Assembly: GCA_009103225.1 (NCBI GenBank)
Contig: RHPI01003369.1
Location: 1,099,490 to 1,163,489 of the forward strand
Length of the DNA: 64,000 nt
DNA from: Chlorokybus atmophyticus
Lineage: Eukaryota; Plantae; Mesostigma and Chlorokybus algae
Direction of reading: 5' to 3'
Shown: positions 1-13,790 of the stretch, piece after piece
Layout: every line of letters begins with the position of its first letter
Position numbering within the stretch: the stretch's first letter is position 1
The notes under the pieces: model-generated
What the model saw: the letters and a program-made list of their open reading frames with translations, nothing else
Told to the model about the DNA's origin: nothing
The model's database searches: none
Made by a program: the position numbers and the translations under genes

Positions 1-734
1 TGTACGACTGCATGCACTATTATGTTCATCATGGGCAAATGTGGACGGCGTACCTGAAGCGCATGAAGGTATGCCCCGGCTAGCTTTCAGTGCTTTCAAT
101 CGATTGCATAAGCTGTTGCACACGCTCACTTGCCATGCATGGCCTTGCAGACTTACCACCTTGCACATCACTTCAAGCACCCGGAACACAGCTACGGCAT
201 CACGTCCACGATGTGGGACAGAGTCTTCCAGACTGGACCGCAAGTCCCAAAGCGTGTTTAGCTCTATGAGTCCGTTTTTGCAGCATGTGGCGGTCATGTC
301 TATTTTCATTGTCACATTGTTGTTACGATCGCAATTTCTGTGTTGCACACAGCTGTGTAGTAGGTGTAGGATTCAGGTGGAGCTGGGATAGTTGTACAAT
401 TAATAACCTTATGCTCCTTTAAGCCAATGAGATTGAGTTATTGGGCTTGCTGAGCATGAGGTTGTGGCATATGACATGGATGTGCATGATATGGCGTGTG
501 CTGTATGCAAGGTATTTGCATTTGGATTGCTAGTGCACTTTGCACCATCGCTGCACTTGCACACATGAGCACCTAGTGCACATAGCTGGATGCACCTTGT
601 TTCAATGGTCATGTACACAGCTGTGGTGCAGATGACGACTTCAATACATGCATGCGTGTGTGAGACTACCCGGAAAGGCCATTAGTGGTGGTGTAGGTAG
701 CAATAGCCCGGTGATTGGATTACGAAAAGTGTAC

Positions 735-2850
735 AGGAAATTGCAGATACTATTGTACAGGATATGCGCGAGACATTTGGCGACTTGCATGACGTCAAAA
801 CAGCATAGCATACCAACCAGCATGCAAACACAGTCACATACACCGCCACCGGGCTATATTGACTGCCTGTTTACCTACCACACTACCCTACTCTAGACCT
901 CCCCGTCAGGCATGCATACATGCGTATTGTTGGTTGATTGCCTGTGCAACACACGAGCAGCAGCGTCAACCACGGTAGTCCAGGTGCAGCGTAACAGCAG
1001 CAGGTAGCATGCAGCACACTCCCTCTCCCTCCCTCTCTCCCCCTCTCCCACAGTCTCCCTCCCTCTCTCCCTCTCCGTCTGTCCTTCCCCTGCTTCCCTA
1101 CTTCTTCGTCCCCCGCTCCGCCTGTTCTCTCTCCTCCGCCTCCCCCTCCTCTTGCTGTCATTGTGCCGTCGCCTCAACTGCAAACCCTTGTCGCCGCTGA
1201 TCTGGCAAGGCCCCTCTGCCCCGCCCCTCTGCCCAGCCTCTCGTTCTGCAGGCTGGCATGCAGTGTTGCACTGTGGCACTAGGGCACTGCACTGTGTAGC
1301 GCTGGCAGTTAGGTGGTGCTGGTGGGGTTGGGTGGTGGGGTTGGACGGCTGTGTTCTTAGCACGGGCAGGCTGCGTTACCAAGCAGCCTGCTCCCCGCGC
1401 ACGTTGTCTGGTCCCGCTGACGTGGTGTCTGCGATGGTCGCCTTTGCGCGCCGGTGTTTCTGTAAAGCGAGGTACACCATCTTGTACAACAATGCCGGGG
1501 GGGGTGCAGTACGCATACGTGTTGTTGCGCATCATGCGTTGCCGCAGCGTCGCCAACATCCGTTTCAAAGAGTGGCCCTCCGACTGCATCGCTGTGAGCA
1601 GGTCCGTCATAGCGTTGATGTAATGAGTGCGATACGTGCACACGCGGATGAACCGCACGTACTGCGATTCCACCACTCCCAACCTGACGCTCTGAGGCAC
1701 ATTGGACTCCGGTAGCGGCGCCCTATGTCGTCTGATGTCTTTGTACTCCGGCAAATCTTGCTTGCTGTACAGCTTGGTGCAGATTCCGTCCGCTGTTTAG
1801 AAAACCATCAAATCTAGAAATGGCACCGATGTGCCCGCAGCTGTACATGTCACTGTGAGTGCATGTCTTGGGTACAGGCCTCCCCCTGGTACGTCACTTC
1901 CCATGTACAGCATCGCTGCAAAATCTGGCATGTCCGCCACAAACAGGTCGTCTATGTAGCGTAGCACTCCTCTTGCACAGGCCGTCAGCAGGGACATGTC
2001 TCCTGTGTCACGCAAGCCGCGTGCGAACCGTCTCTCATGTGACAGCAAGTAGCCATTGGCTAGATGTGCGCCGGCATTGTTGCCCATAGGTACTCCAACC
2101 GTTTGTCCGTATAGTTCGTCACTGGCAGTGAGCAGGTACAGATTGTTCAACAGGAATTGCAGCATCGTGTACAGCGTCAGCGGCGTGAACGTCCTCCACA
2201 TGCGATCATCATCCACGCGGTATGTTGCTCCAGCTGTCCACCTATGCAGTACTGTGCCGTCCGGTTGGACTGTGAGGTGGAGGTGCGTGGTCCTGTCTTG
2301 TCTTCGCTTGTAGTCGAAGCTCGCCTCCACTAGCTCGGTCATTCGATTCAACAGATCTTGGTGCGGAATGTGTTTGTGAGTTTCGTGCATGTCTTGACTG
2401 TGGTTGACGCCCCACGCATGAAACAATTGTAGCACACCATCTCTTGTACAGCACGGTTGGTACACTCATCACCACAAACAGCTATGCTGGGCGTGCTTTG
2501 TCGGTGGTGGCATGTGCTCTGTACATACAATGCGAAACGGCAATGCACATGCATAGTGTAATAAAACAAGTGTAGTGGTCGTCATTAGGCCCACTAGTCC
2601 GGTGCATCCAGCAATACGTTATTGGTTGTTGGCGCATGGCAGCTGGAGGGTGTGCATCTGCTGTGCTGCACGGTCCGTCGCGTGCACCGCCACCCATGAC
2701 GCGGTGCAACGAGAAAGTGTTTGCTAAGGTGATGGAAGCTGGATGCACTGCGAGCAACCGGCCTTTGTGCCCATCCGCTTGAGGGAGTCGCAACGCAGAC
2801 GACTTCACTTTATGGCATGAAACTTAGCTGGGATATAAAGCTGCTACTGA
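735..2850 (-). mobile_element. 5'-truncated, degenerate Penelope-like retroelement (Chlamys-type RT plus 3' UTR)
   Basis: ORFs 1797-2465 and 1158-1754 carry GVPMGNNAGAHLANGYL, LRYIDDL, PFLDL and RHRAPLP.SN.P..V.LGVVESQY, collinear with the RT at 19215-21855. There is an in-frame TAA at 1797-1799 and a frameshift in the G-run near 1500. The 3' UTR shares blocks (GCCCGTGC..CCAACCCCACCAC, TAGCCCGGTG) with the other copies. Boundaries approximate. Confidence 0.9.
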
Positions 2851-2906
2851 ACTTCAACGTCACGACGTGTGGACTCAGCAGGCGTGGTGGTACAGGCGGT
2901 GGAGGC

Positions 2907-2931
2907 CGTGAAGTGAAGTGAAGTGAAGTGA
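2907..2931 (+). repeat. (GTGAA)n microsatellite near the 5'-truncated end of the PLE
   Basis: gtgaagtgaagtgaagtgaagtgag read directly. Confidence 0.85.
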
Positions 2932-3399
2932 GGTGTAGCAACCACCCACATGGATACCTTTTGCCCACTTGTGATGGAGACAGACACATGGAATGTTGGG
3001 GGGATGATTCTGGTACATGCACCTATGCGTGCACAACACGATGGCGGTGCGAGGGGTGGAGCACCGCGGGCTGTAGCTAGATGGGCTCGCACATGTATGC
3101 CAGAAGTGGGTGGCTTGTGCCTTGCAGCGGGAGCAGGCAATGGCATCATGAAAGCGGGGAGCATCGACAGTGGCGGCAATGTCCGAGCTCGACACCGACT
3201 CTGGATGACCCTAGATCTTTCTACCACGGAAAGCAAAAGCAACGCTCAAGTAGATGGTGTGGGAGCTGACTGGCTGTGCATATGTGCTAGACTGTGTGCA
3301 TGTGCGAGTGGTAGGGCAGCAATTCGCGCAAGACACCGTTGTCCTTTATATGATAATAGATTGCATGCCCACCGCTTGCTTCCAACCTAGCCGTTAGGC

Positions 3400-3780
3400 A
3401 CCTATGCTTCCAAACCATGCACATGTTTGCCTCGTTACTCGCGTGAGCCATCACGTGTCTTGCCATTCGGTTGTCGCCGCGAGGTCATACCACCCTCACA
3501 TACCATGTCATATACACGTCCCACAAGGACTCACGTCAGTGCAAGTGTTGATTGCGTATGTTGCGCCTCTCTGCTGTGTACAGGATACGCGCGAGGCAGT
3601 TGTAAGCATGCATGACGCAAACAGCAGCACACAGACAACCATGTTAGCACGCTAGCATACACCATCACCGGGCTATTACACGCTGCTGGTTCACATCTAA
3701 TCGACTACTGTACCCTAGACCTCCCCGTTAGGCATGCATGCAAGTTGTCATTTACCTGCACACACGAGCTATTGTTAGTC
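3400..3780 (-). mobile_element. PLE 3'-UTR / pseudo-LTR fragment
   Basis: 3575-3745 aligns by eye with 735-920 (TGTACAGGATA.GCGCGAG, CATACACC..CACCGGGCTA, TAGACCTCCCCGT.AGGCATGCA). It lies upstream of the 735-2850 copy in the same orientation. Confidence 0.7.
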
Positions 3781-3994
3781 GTTGTTGGCAATGGCAACAT
3801 CAACGACGACTCCCTCCCTCCTGTGTTCAGTGCTGAGCCTCATACTGTTGCAGCCACACTTGCACCAGCATTGCATAGACAACAACCACAACCATTTCAC
3901 TCACTATGTCTGTTTGTTGTGCAGCTCCTCATTTGTTTGTGGTTCTACATGCTAGCAAACTTGCAGGTGGATATTGTGTATATGTAAACTCTAT

Positions 3995-6900
3995 ATGGCT
4001 GCGACTGCCCCGCCATGGCTTCCGAGCCCGAGCATACGCGCGCTGATGGAGAATACTCCCATGCATTACCTCATGGGCAACACGACGTACAGAGACGTCC
4101 TCAGCCGCGCAGTGCCGTACGGTGAAGCATTTTCTTCATCTCAACACAGCAACAAAGATGGCCAGCTGGAGGCCTTGTTCCTCGGCTGCGGAGACATTCG
4201 CAACGTGCTGTGCACTGCGATGGCTGTTGCCAATGTGAGATAGCTTTGCAACTAATGTTGATACTGTGTGTGTGCATGCAATGGCAACTCAAGTACTCCC
4301 GCTATCCAGGTGCCCGGGGCATTGACTCTTCATCTCAATGACATCAACCTCGGGGTGATTGCGCGTGACGCGCTTCTGTTGTCCATAGCACAACGCATCA
4401 ACCCGGACAGCGCTGAAGACGTGCAGTACTGTGGCATGTGTGGTACTCGGCTGTGCTCAGCAAAGCTCACGCCCCTCGGCTTCAGGACGACATGCAGCGC
4501 ATGATTGACGGTATGTTGCGTACACGCATAAACAGAAACTACTGTGCTCGAGTGAACACTGAGTACTATTTCACAGCCTCCGGCAACCCGCACTCTAATG
4601 TTCTGCTTGCCCCTTATGGGTGTCCTGAAGCATTCATGCGGCAGTGATGTGAATGAGTGCAGGTGTTGGCAGGTGTATGCCTACACGTCACTGACATACA
4701 CACAGGTAGCATGTCCTGAAGCTATCAGCGGGCATCCTCACATGCACGTTGTTTTGATCACTGGCAACTTCCACACGCACACAAGTATCAATTACTTTTT
4801 GCGCTGCGCAGGTGGATCCGACAGATTCTTGTCAATACCACGCGAGCAAGACAGGCAGCAGGTGACGGATGCTTTGCAAGCTTGGCTGCGCGGGCCTCTT
4901 CCGTCCTACCACCAAGTGAAACGCCAGCGAGAGAAGCTGGGGATGATGCCACAGACAATCGGCAGATTCAGCATGTTTGAGGAGTTTTGCACGCGACAAG
5001 CGGCGATGTACCCATTCATGGCGAGCCCTGTGCAAGGCGAAACTATGTTGAAGAATCCACCTCATGGCAAGTTGCGGTGTGTTGTTCCGTTGGAATGCAT
5101 GCGTGGTGCATTCTGATGGCAATTACAACTGAGAGAAACGACATCAAAAGCTGTCTGCACGGTAGTGAGTGAAGTGCGCATGCAAAGGACAGACCTCATT
5201 GTCAGATTGCTATGCTTATGTTGATTAACATCACAGATACCATCAAAGAGGAGGTGCGGTTATGGTATGCCAAAGGCTTCAGCAGCAGAATCAACTTGGC
5301 CGATCTGTCAACCCGATGCTGTTGGATCCATCTGATCTCACCTGGAAGGTACCTGTTGTGTTACCAGCAAGCATGTAAAGTTGGTAGTTCGTCGGTTGAT
5401 CAACCAAGAGTGTATACTCTAATAGACCAGCTGATTGCATGTCATGCCGTGGCAGGTGCATTATGACTCGAACCCATTCAAGGCTTACGTGCCGATAACA
5501 CTCGCAGAGGAGGAGGCCGCCGTGAAATCCGGCAGTAGTACTCCTCTCGCTGATGTCAGCGTGAAGCGGCTCGCTGGACTTGTGAAGGGCTTTCAGCAGC
5601 GGTGTTGTTCTGCAGGGTACGCAATGCGTCGGCACATGTGAAGTGTGAAGTGTAAAGCGTGAAGTGTGAAGCACGACTGTGCAGGTATTGCATGTATCAT
5701 TGTCAGGGTGCACGCAACAGGTCAACAAGCGCATTCTGTGGTAGAGGCTTGAAGATGGACGGAAACTCCGTTGTCGTGCAACATGTTGGCATCATGCTTC
5801 CTGTCTGCACTCAAGAGAAACCATGCATGGTATTCCATGGAGCACACCTCTCACCCCTGACAAGTTCTGCTGTGTGCAGAGGTTTGCGAATCGCGCTTTG
5901 GGTGGGCGACGCGTTGCTGCTGTGCCTGACGGAGCTGCCTTCAAACATGCTGTTCGACGCCATCGACACGTCCAACCTTGCCGATCAAGTTGGGCTCGTC
6001 AATCTACTAGCATGCGTGGCTCCACGTCTGAAACGGTACTTGATGCCTGGTTGCTGGACAGGTCTTGTTTGCATGCCCGTAAGACTGTTTGTCGTTATTA
6101 TCGTCGTTGTTGTTGCTGATGTGCGGATGTGGTGTTGCGTGCTTGTTGGCAGGCACTCAAATGCGCTGCGGCACACCTCCACCATGACGTGGTCTTCAGC
6201 GGGCTCCACATTCAAAGAGTACTTTGAGAGGGCTGTCGGCATTGACCCCAAACTGTTCCCTACCATCTTTGGTCTGAAGCTGGCGACCGACACGTCGCTC
6301 ACGCGCAAGAGCACAACGCCGCTGCCACTCTTGCGCTACGGCGGGATACCACACGAGGACCGCATGTTGGAGTGTTCGCCTGCGGGTCTCACAAACACAT
6401 CATCATTTCTGCCTTCACCCACCCCATTGACGCTCTGGACCCAACCCGAAGCGTGTGCGCTGGTCAAAGCGCTGAGAAGCTTGCAAGACAAGTGCATACG
6501 ACTCCACGTGGTGATGTTCCCCGACGGCGAGGGGTGCGTACTGAAGGCCGTCACGCCGATCACGTACGCCATCATTGTGAAGCACCTCAGCAAGAGACTC
6601 GCTGGCGGCACCGCGAGCCTCGTCGCTGCGAATATGATGATGCTAAACGACCCTGTCGCGTGCCAGCTGTCGTGCTGTTGGAAGACAGCTGCAAGTGTCT
6701 TGCAACTCACTGAGGCTGATGCATCCATCCCGCTGCAAAGCTTGTCTGCCACCATCAGATGGTCCGACTCGCTCGTGAAGGCACCCAACGGGCCACTTGT
6801 TCACGTCCTGCTGCTTGAAGGGAAAGCCAAAGAGTTGTCGATCTGCCCGCCATGCAACGCCACGCTGCGTTAAAAAGCAATCTGATTGGTGACGGCGTGC

Positions 6901-9184
6901 ACATCCTGACCAACATCAACGTCAACTTTGAGAAGAGTCGGCTGGACTTCCTCTTGCCCGCAAAGCATTTCTCGGACCCAAACAATGTCTACGTGACTAT
7001 AGTGAATGCTCCGGAGCAGGTACGCAGTTTGCACAGCAATCAACACAGTCATATAGGGAACATTTTTGTGCGTGCACGCGTGTGTGCATTTGTGCGTGTG
7101 ACTGCTTCCATGATGGTCGTTACCAACTACAATCTGGACTGCAGGTCATGGTGATGGACCCGTGCCAGCTGTTGGACTTCCATTGCACAGACGTGTCAGC
7201 GACCGAGTCTTAGCAAGTCTGCGAGGCCGTCAGTAGACAAACTGTGCGGGTGGCCCAAACACCTGAAGGTTCCGGCATGACGCTGAACTGGGCTCAAAGC
7301 CACCAATCGCATTACAAAGCGGTTGTCTCGTATGAGCGAACAATTACAGCCGAGCTGAAGACGGATCATAAGCACAAGACGCGGTTGGCGGGTCACATAA
7401 TCTGACACTGCGATTGGCTGCGGCCAGGTCAGTGCGAGTATGTCTTCATGAGCAAGTTGCAACATGCAATGCGTACATTGTCCTTTTCTTGCCGTTGTGC
7501 TTTCATGCAACCCATGCATGGTGATGAACACGCTGCTGTTTCGGCAATTGTAGGATAACTGCGTGTTGTTCCCTGGCAGCTTGATGCTTACAAACGTTCA
7601 ATTGGCCGTTTCTGGTCAACCAAGCAAAGTTTGAGGTCTCGCGCAAGCGTCAAGTTGTCACAGTCACTCTGCCCAAAGCACAGGCCTGCGAGCTGCCTCA
7701 AAGGCCGTGCTACAATGTGCATGTGCTTCCCGTGGCCAAAGACAGATCAGTCAGGCTTGTCCACGCACATGGGCTGATGTTCACCATAGAAGTAAGTGCT
7801 CAACTCGCACGTGTGTATGTGCTTGCATGCATCTAAGTCCGGGTGCATGTATGTGCCTGTATGCTTTGGCAGCACTTGCTGCAAGTTAGAAGGCAGACAC
7901 GCCTCCTATCACAGATGCTCAACTGCCGTGACTTACTACTATCGAGCGTCCAGTGATGGTTCCATCTTGGTTCCATTTGCAGCAACATAAACGGCGGCAG
8001 TCTCAAACAGCGACAAACAATCTGTTCATGGACTTGAGAGAGACAATCCAAATCTTGTTCGTGAAGTACTTCACAGAAAGATGCCAGCTGCACGTGCTCC
8101 AAGCCATCGTGTCGGTCCTCATTCTCTCCGTGCGCAAGTCAGCGGACGGGCTGCCTGTCCTGGAAACCATGTTCATCGACCATTCCCATCTACATTCATC
8201 ACACCCACACAAAGCCATTGCACACCTCACCGTGATGTCGTCTTGCTTGCCTCCAAAGGCTGCGTGCTAATCAAAGAGCTGAACTCTACCCAAGTCAACC
8301 TCGTAAAAGTGACAATGCAAGAACTCGCGCTGCTGCGGCGAGTGTTGGAATACAATGCTGTCGAGTTGAAGGGTTCTCCCGCGACAAAGGCGAAGCCACC
8401 GTGGCGTGCGAGTTATGTTGTCCCGCTGTACGGCGAGGTGCCGACAAAGACACCCCACAATGAGGCTGCGGATACGAGCGGGAAGATTGCCGCGCTACAG
8501 CGGTCCGTTGCTCAGAGCGAAAGCAACATGCAAACCTACTACAGCAACATGCAGAGCGCGTATCCCAAGATGCCCGCCGATCCCGCCGACTTCATGCGCA
8601 TGCTTGCCAACAATGACAATGAACAGTTGAGCAAGATGGCCTCCCACCTGAAGCGGCCTCCATCATGGCCAGGCTGCCCGGCGACATGCACAAGATGTTG
8701 GATGAGCACCCGACTGCGAAGAGAGGGGAGAGAGAGACTCTCCCCACACGAGCTGCAACAGATGGCGGCACGCATGGGCATACCGCAGGATGCCGTGGCT
8801 GAGGTCGGCAGACTCGCCGCTGAAAGAAGTAAGTTGCACACGCGGCCTCACGCAGCCTCTGCCTCCACCACCAGCAGCAACAAACCCGTTAGAGACACGA
8901 GTGCGCAAATGTTGGCCACGAGTCTCGGCTTGCCACAGGATGTTGCGGCGAGTATGAGCACAATGTCAGCTGATGCGAAGGTTGCCAATAGGCCTGCGGC
9001 GACAAGAGGTGTTGAGGGTGGTAGTGTGGTGTTGTCGAGGTGCGCTTCGTGTGCCAAAGCTGGTGACAAGCTGAGCAGGTGCAGCAGATGCAAGAGGGTG
9101 GCGTACTGTGGTATTGAATGCCAGAGGCAGCACTGGAAGCTGCACAAGCCGGCGTGCACCAGTCGTCGATGGGTTGGTGAGTGA
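3995..9184 (+). CDS. Multi-exon DUF4470-domain protein with C-terminal MYND zinc finger; contains an apparent frameshift near 4429
   Basis: ALFLGCGDIRNVL and LHLNDINLGVIARDALLL (DUF4470-type motifs), AIDTSNLADQVG, C-terminal CASCAKAGDKLSRCSRCKRVAYCGIECQRQHWKLHKPAC (MYND). GT-AG introns. First and last exons uncertain. Confidence 0.75.
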
Positions 9185-11232
9185 CTGCGTGCGAATGAGG
9201 TTGGTCAGTACCTGCTCTTGACTGGGACTGCAGAGTTCTTGCTTGTTGTGCGGCAAGTGGTAGCATGAAGTCCATCACATTTATGCCGTGTGAATGCCTA
9301 GAGTTGTTGTAAGCGGACAAAGCAGCATCTTCAATGACGCTGTTGTGGTTGCGGCCTGGTTGGCAGCGGCGCCAACGTGATGGCTGCGTGTACTGGGTGC
9401 TTCTGCGGAGCGGTGGCGATTTCGGACGCGTAGGAGTTGGACCGGCAGCACGTGTGTGGCCGGGAGGGCTAACGTGTATGTGTGGTTGTGACTGTGTGAC
9501 AGTGCGAGTTTGATAGTGGCGCAGCGCACAGAACTCATGTACATTTGTACATGTGTAGTGAGAGGTTGGCTATTGTGGTTTAAGCTTTAAAGCTACACGC
9601 CTTTGAGTGTGTGCTGATGGTCATCCTCAGCTGCATAGTACAAATAAAGCACACAAGCGTGTGTTATGTCAACAGAACTGGGTGCCAGGCGCAGAAGAGA
9701 CAGTTTTGAAGTACTGTTTGTTTGCAACAACAACAACGACAGCAACAACGACTATTACTACAATGCAGTTCATCATAGCGATGCGTTGGGAAGCATTGAC
9801 CGTGCATCAGGAACATGTAAGCAGCCATGGCATGTGAGTGTCCAGATATCAGATAGTTTAGTTTACGTTTGCTGTTCTGTCGTGGAAAGCAAATCGTGCA
9901 CTGATGCATATAGAGGCGAACTCCGGGTGGCGTTCGAGACGTGTCACACATGGCAGAAAGGCAGTGTACAGCGCCCTTGCGCAGGCTGTACGTGCCCCTG
10001 TATGCTTGTGGTGTGTGCTATTGCTACGGCAATATGTGTGCCATACAGCACATGAACACACGCTGACAGCAAACTAGGTGTAGAGAAGTGGGTGTGAATG
10101 TCATCCCATCGAGGGCAGCGTTGGACATGGCAGTGCAAGTGACTCCAAGCGTATGGGGAGGGTGTTGATTGGGGAGTGCGTTGTGTGGCGTAACTATGCT
10201 TGGGCGGATGACTGTGAGCTCCAGCAGCAAACCTCACAGACACTTGCTCGCGCACACGTGCACGGCTTATGCGAAGCACCACAACACACTACACACTACA
10301 ATACTCCAGCAGTACACTCGTAGAAGCGACACTTGGCTTGTTGCTGACGTCTTCTTGTACAAATGACATACCAAACTGTGATGCACATGCATGTATGATG
10401 CCGAATGCATGTTGTTTACATGCCAAATGCTTCACACCTCACACACACGCACCGTAAGTACGGCCACCTGGCTAACCCAGGGTAAGCCACACTGACGCTG
10501 CGTACTTTTCTGTCTACATTACCACTACCACTCCGCCACCCTGTTAGTCATGCATGTAACCGGCAGACTCAACCACCTGAACGTGCGCTTGGTTTGCCAA
10601 CTTGAGATTGTGCAAACAGAAGGATTGCAGCACATGCGTGCACGCCCGCCCACGCTCGACTCAATGTCAGCGGCACAGCTACGGACCTTACCTTCTTGCA
10701 GGCAAGCCAGCGCCCTGCACCTGTCAGCTTGACACCCGCCGCCGCCGCCGCCCGCTAAACCACCACGCTGAAAGCGTAGTCGGGGTGATGTGTGTATGTG
10801 GCAGTTCTGCACAGGCGGCGGCGGTGGGGGAGGAGGAGGCGGAGGTGCGCATGGACACACAACGACGTTCCTTACCATTCACCTCTGCTAGCTTAGTTGT
10901 GAAGTCCGAGCTGCGTGCCGCATGTGCTGTATGGGTTGTAGAAGCTTCAGCTTGAGTTTGAGTTTGAGTTTGAGTTTGAGGCCAGGTTTAGCCGATTGCA
11001 TGGGCACGCAAGCAGCAGCTGCACGGCTCCGCTGTTGCCTGAAGCAGCCAACTGGAGGCCAGGCCAGGATGTTCTGCTAGTCTCGAGCGTAGTGGTTTGT
11101 TGAAGTTGGGAAGTCGTCGTGCTTGTTGAGGACACACACATGGTTGGAGGTTGAGCGAGTAGACTAGTTGACGGCTCAGCATCACACAGCATCTTGTTGG
11201 TGTGGCGTGGCCTATCGCACACATTGTCCACC

Positions 11233-13738
11233 ATGGCCGAAGTGTCCTCCTTCCTGCTTGCGATGGGCATCGACGCCGCCATATGCGCGGGACTGCTCGG
11301 CGCCTTCACTTTCCTACGCCAGGTACGAAGAAGCACACAGTGCACACAGCAGCAGGGCTAACGTAGCAAAGCTTTGCTGCTTTTCTTTTTGCCTTGGCCT
11401 TGTGCGTGTGACATACTGTTAGCTACAGTACTGCAGCACAAGCACAAGAAGCAGCACAAGAAGTAAGTTGATAAGGAATCATTCAACTCCATGTTCGAAC
11501 TTCAAAATTGAGACGACGGTGTTGTGCATGTGCGTGTGTGTTTTGAGACTGTGTCGACATGTGCGTATGCATGCGTGTTGCAATTGCGATAGGGGTGGTT
11601 GTGCACCAGCTGTCCTGTTGCTGCATGTTCACGTGTTCTACAAAAACCCTTGCAAAAACTGTTTTGACATGCATTGCGTGTGCGCAGATGCCAGTGCTGG
11701 CGCCCGTGTTTGTCAGTCGCAAAAGCTCAGCTGAAGCCCGTGCAGAGATTGCGCGTGCACGAGGTATGCTATGTTTCTTACCAGCAGATACTTACGCCAT
11801 GAGAGTGTTTTCCTGTTCGTAACAGCTGCCCAACACACAGGCGTGCGCGCCTTCAGCTGGATTGAGTCCTCCCTCCGCCCACCTGAAGCAGCACTCATCC
11901 TTGACGTTGGTCTCGACGCGCTCGTGTACTTGCGCCTCTTTCGCCTCGCACTCATCCTATTCGCGGGGTAAGACAAGACACCATGTATATAATCCAATAA
12001 CTAAGTGTTTATATGTACATGTATATATACGTGCGCACACAGAGAAACACATATATGCGTGTGCGTGCGCGCTGGCGTGTGTGCACGCAAACGCACACGC
12101 GCACATCATTAATATCAACCGGCATCACCAACATCAGGTGTGCAGTGATGTGCTTACCGCTGCTGCTGCCTCTGAACCTCACCGGCGGCAACCTGGGCGA
12201 CGTGGTGGTCATTGCCGACCTCCCACACACGCGCCTCGACATGCTCACCATGGCCAACATACGACGCAAGTACGGCAATACCACCCCGCATACACACATG
12301 CACTTTGTCACAAGACAAGACAAGACTCACGTGTACCATCATGTACCTTGCAGGTCAAAGAGGCTGTGGTTTCATGCAGCCGCAGCGTGGTGGGTGTCAG
12401 TGTGGTGCTACTTTGTTCTCTTCCAGGTGCGTATGCGTGTGGTAATGATGTGACAAACGAGAGTAGTTGGTTTGTTAAGCCAACACATGTGCAGGCGTAC
12501 AAGGAGTATCAGCGATTGCGGGAGGTGCACATGGCTTCGGAAGAGACCTGTGCCGAACAGCACACCGTGTTGGTATAAACATACATGTTGGCTTGCGTGT
12601 GCCTGCCACAACATGTTGGCATAGGTGTAGGAACTCAGTCACACTCGTTTTGCAATTGAATTGCAGGTGACAGACATCCCACCGACTCAGCTGTCGCTAC
12701 TACTAGACGGTCCCAACGCACAAGCAACTTGGAGCGTGTCACAGTTTTTCGCTCATCTCTTCCCAAGGTGTGCGCGTGCATGCGCGTGCACACGTGTGTG
12801 TGCATATGTGCGTGCATGGGCATGTGCGGCCTTTCGCAATTGTGAGACGCAGTCTTCATGACAATGTGTGTGCGTGCGTGCAGGACCTTTTTTGGTTATC
12901 GGACAATACCAGACACGCGGTCCATCGAGGCACTCCTGGCACGTCGGCACCTTCTATGCGCCCGTCTTCAACGCGCTGAAGTGAGTGGCAGACACACAGG
13001 GATGAACATCGTCAACATATTCTTAGTTGTGAATTGCATGCACAACGCGCATGCCACACACACAGTCAGCATGGGAGCGGGAGCTCGAACGCGAGCGTCG
13101 CCAAGCCAGCAAGACGCACAAGCGTGGCGGGACAACAACCCAACAACAACAAGCAGGGTAAGCGTGCCCATGCATATGACAGTACAACAGTAGAGTTGGA
13201 CTTACTGGCCTCTCCTCGCAGTGACACGTTGGGTCACACGCACGCGCGCACGCCCCTGCTCTACCCGCATCATCAACGCGGCCACGATGCGCGGCGGCCA
13301 ACGCACCGCGTGGGATTTTTGGGGTTGTGGGGCCCGCGGCTCGACTCTGTCGCATTCTATTCTGCGCAACTGCAAGTACTTGAAGAACAGGTGTGTTTGT
13401 GGAAGTGTGTGGTGAAGAGGGTTTGTGTATACCACATGTATAAATGATATATGTGCGCAGATTCAAGCGGAGTCGACACGTGGGGTGATGGCGGAGCGCA
13501 CGCCTTCCGCGGTTGTTGTGTTTCGGACACGCGCCTCCGCCACAATCGCCAGACAGGTTGGCTTGCGTTGCCGACTTCAAGTACAATTGGTCATTGATAA
13601 CCAACCCAACTATCGGTGCCACGCAATGTGTCTTTGGGTCGCATGCTTTGGAGTCAACTCAATGCTGCATGCACACACACAGGCGCTGCTCGCACCGCGG
13701 ACAGACACATGGAAGGCACATGAAGCCCCCCAACCCGC

Positions 13739-13790
<52 letters not shown>

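Noticed and set aside
845-925. CTGACGGGG read as a hammerhead ribozyme core
   Set aside because: No CUGAnGA..GAAA core or three-stem arrangement was found; other copies have CTAAC, which fits a branch point better.
1797-1799. TAA aligned with Gln of the sister PLE (plus in-frame TAA/TAG in other elements), suggesting a TAR=Gln genetic code
   Set aside because: eIF6 ends in TAA at its conserved C-terminus, the SDR and TMEM214 end in TAG, and no conserved host exon needed TAR readthrough. C>T decay of CAA/CAG explains the TE stops.
2950-3390. 146-aa plus-strand ORF between PLE fragments
   Set aside because: No recognisable motif; it lies within retroelement debris.
9300-10960. Possible minus-strand spliced gene (GTAAG donors at 10875 and 10691)
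   Set aside because: Could not assemble a coherent ORF or recognise any domain.
10952-10980. (TTTGAG)n repeat resembling telomeric DNA
   Set aside because: Only about 5 units and does not match the TTTAGGG/TTAGGG types; treated as a microsatellite.
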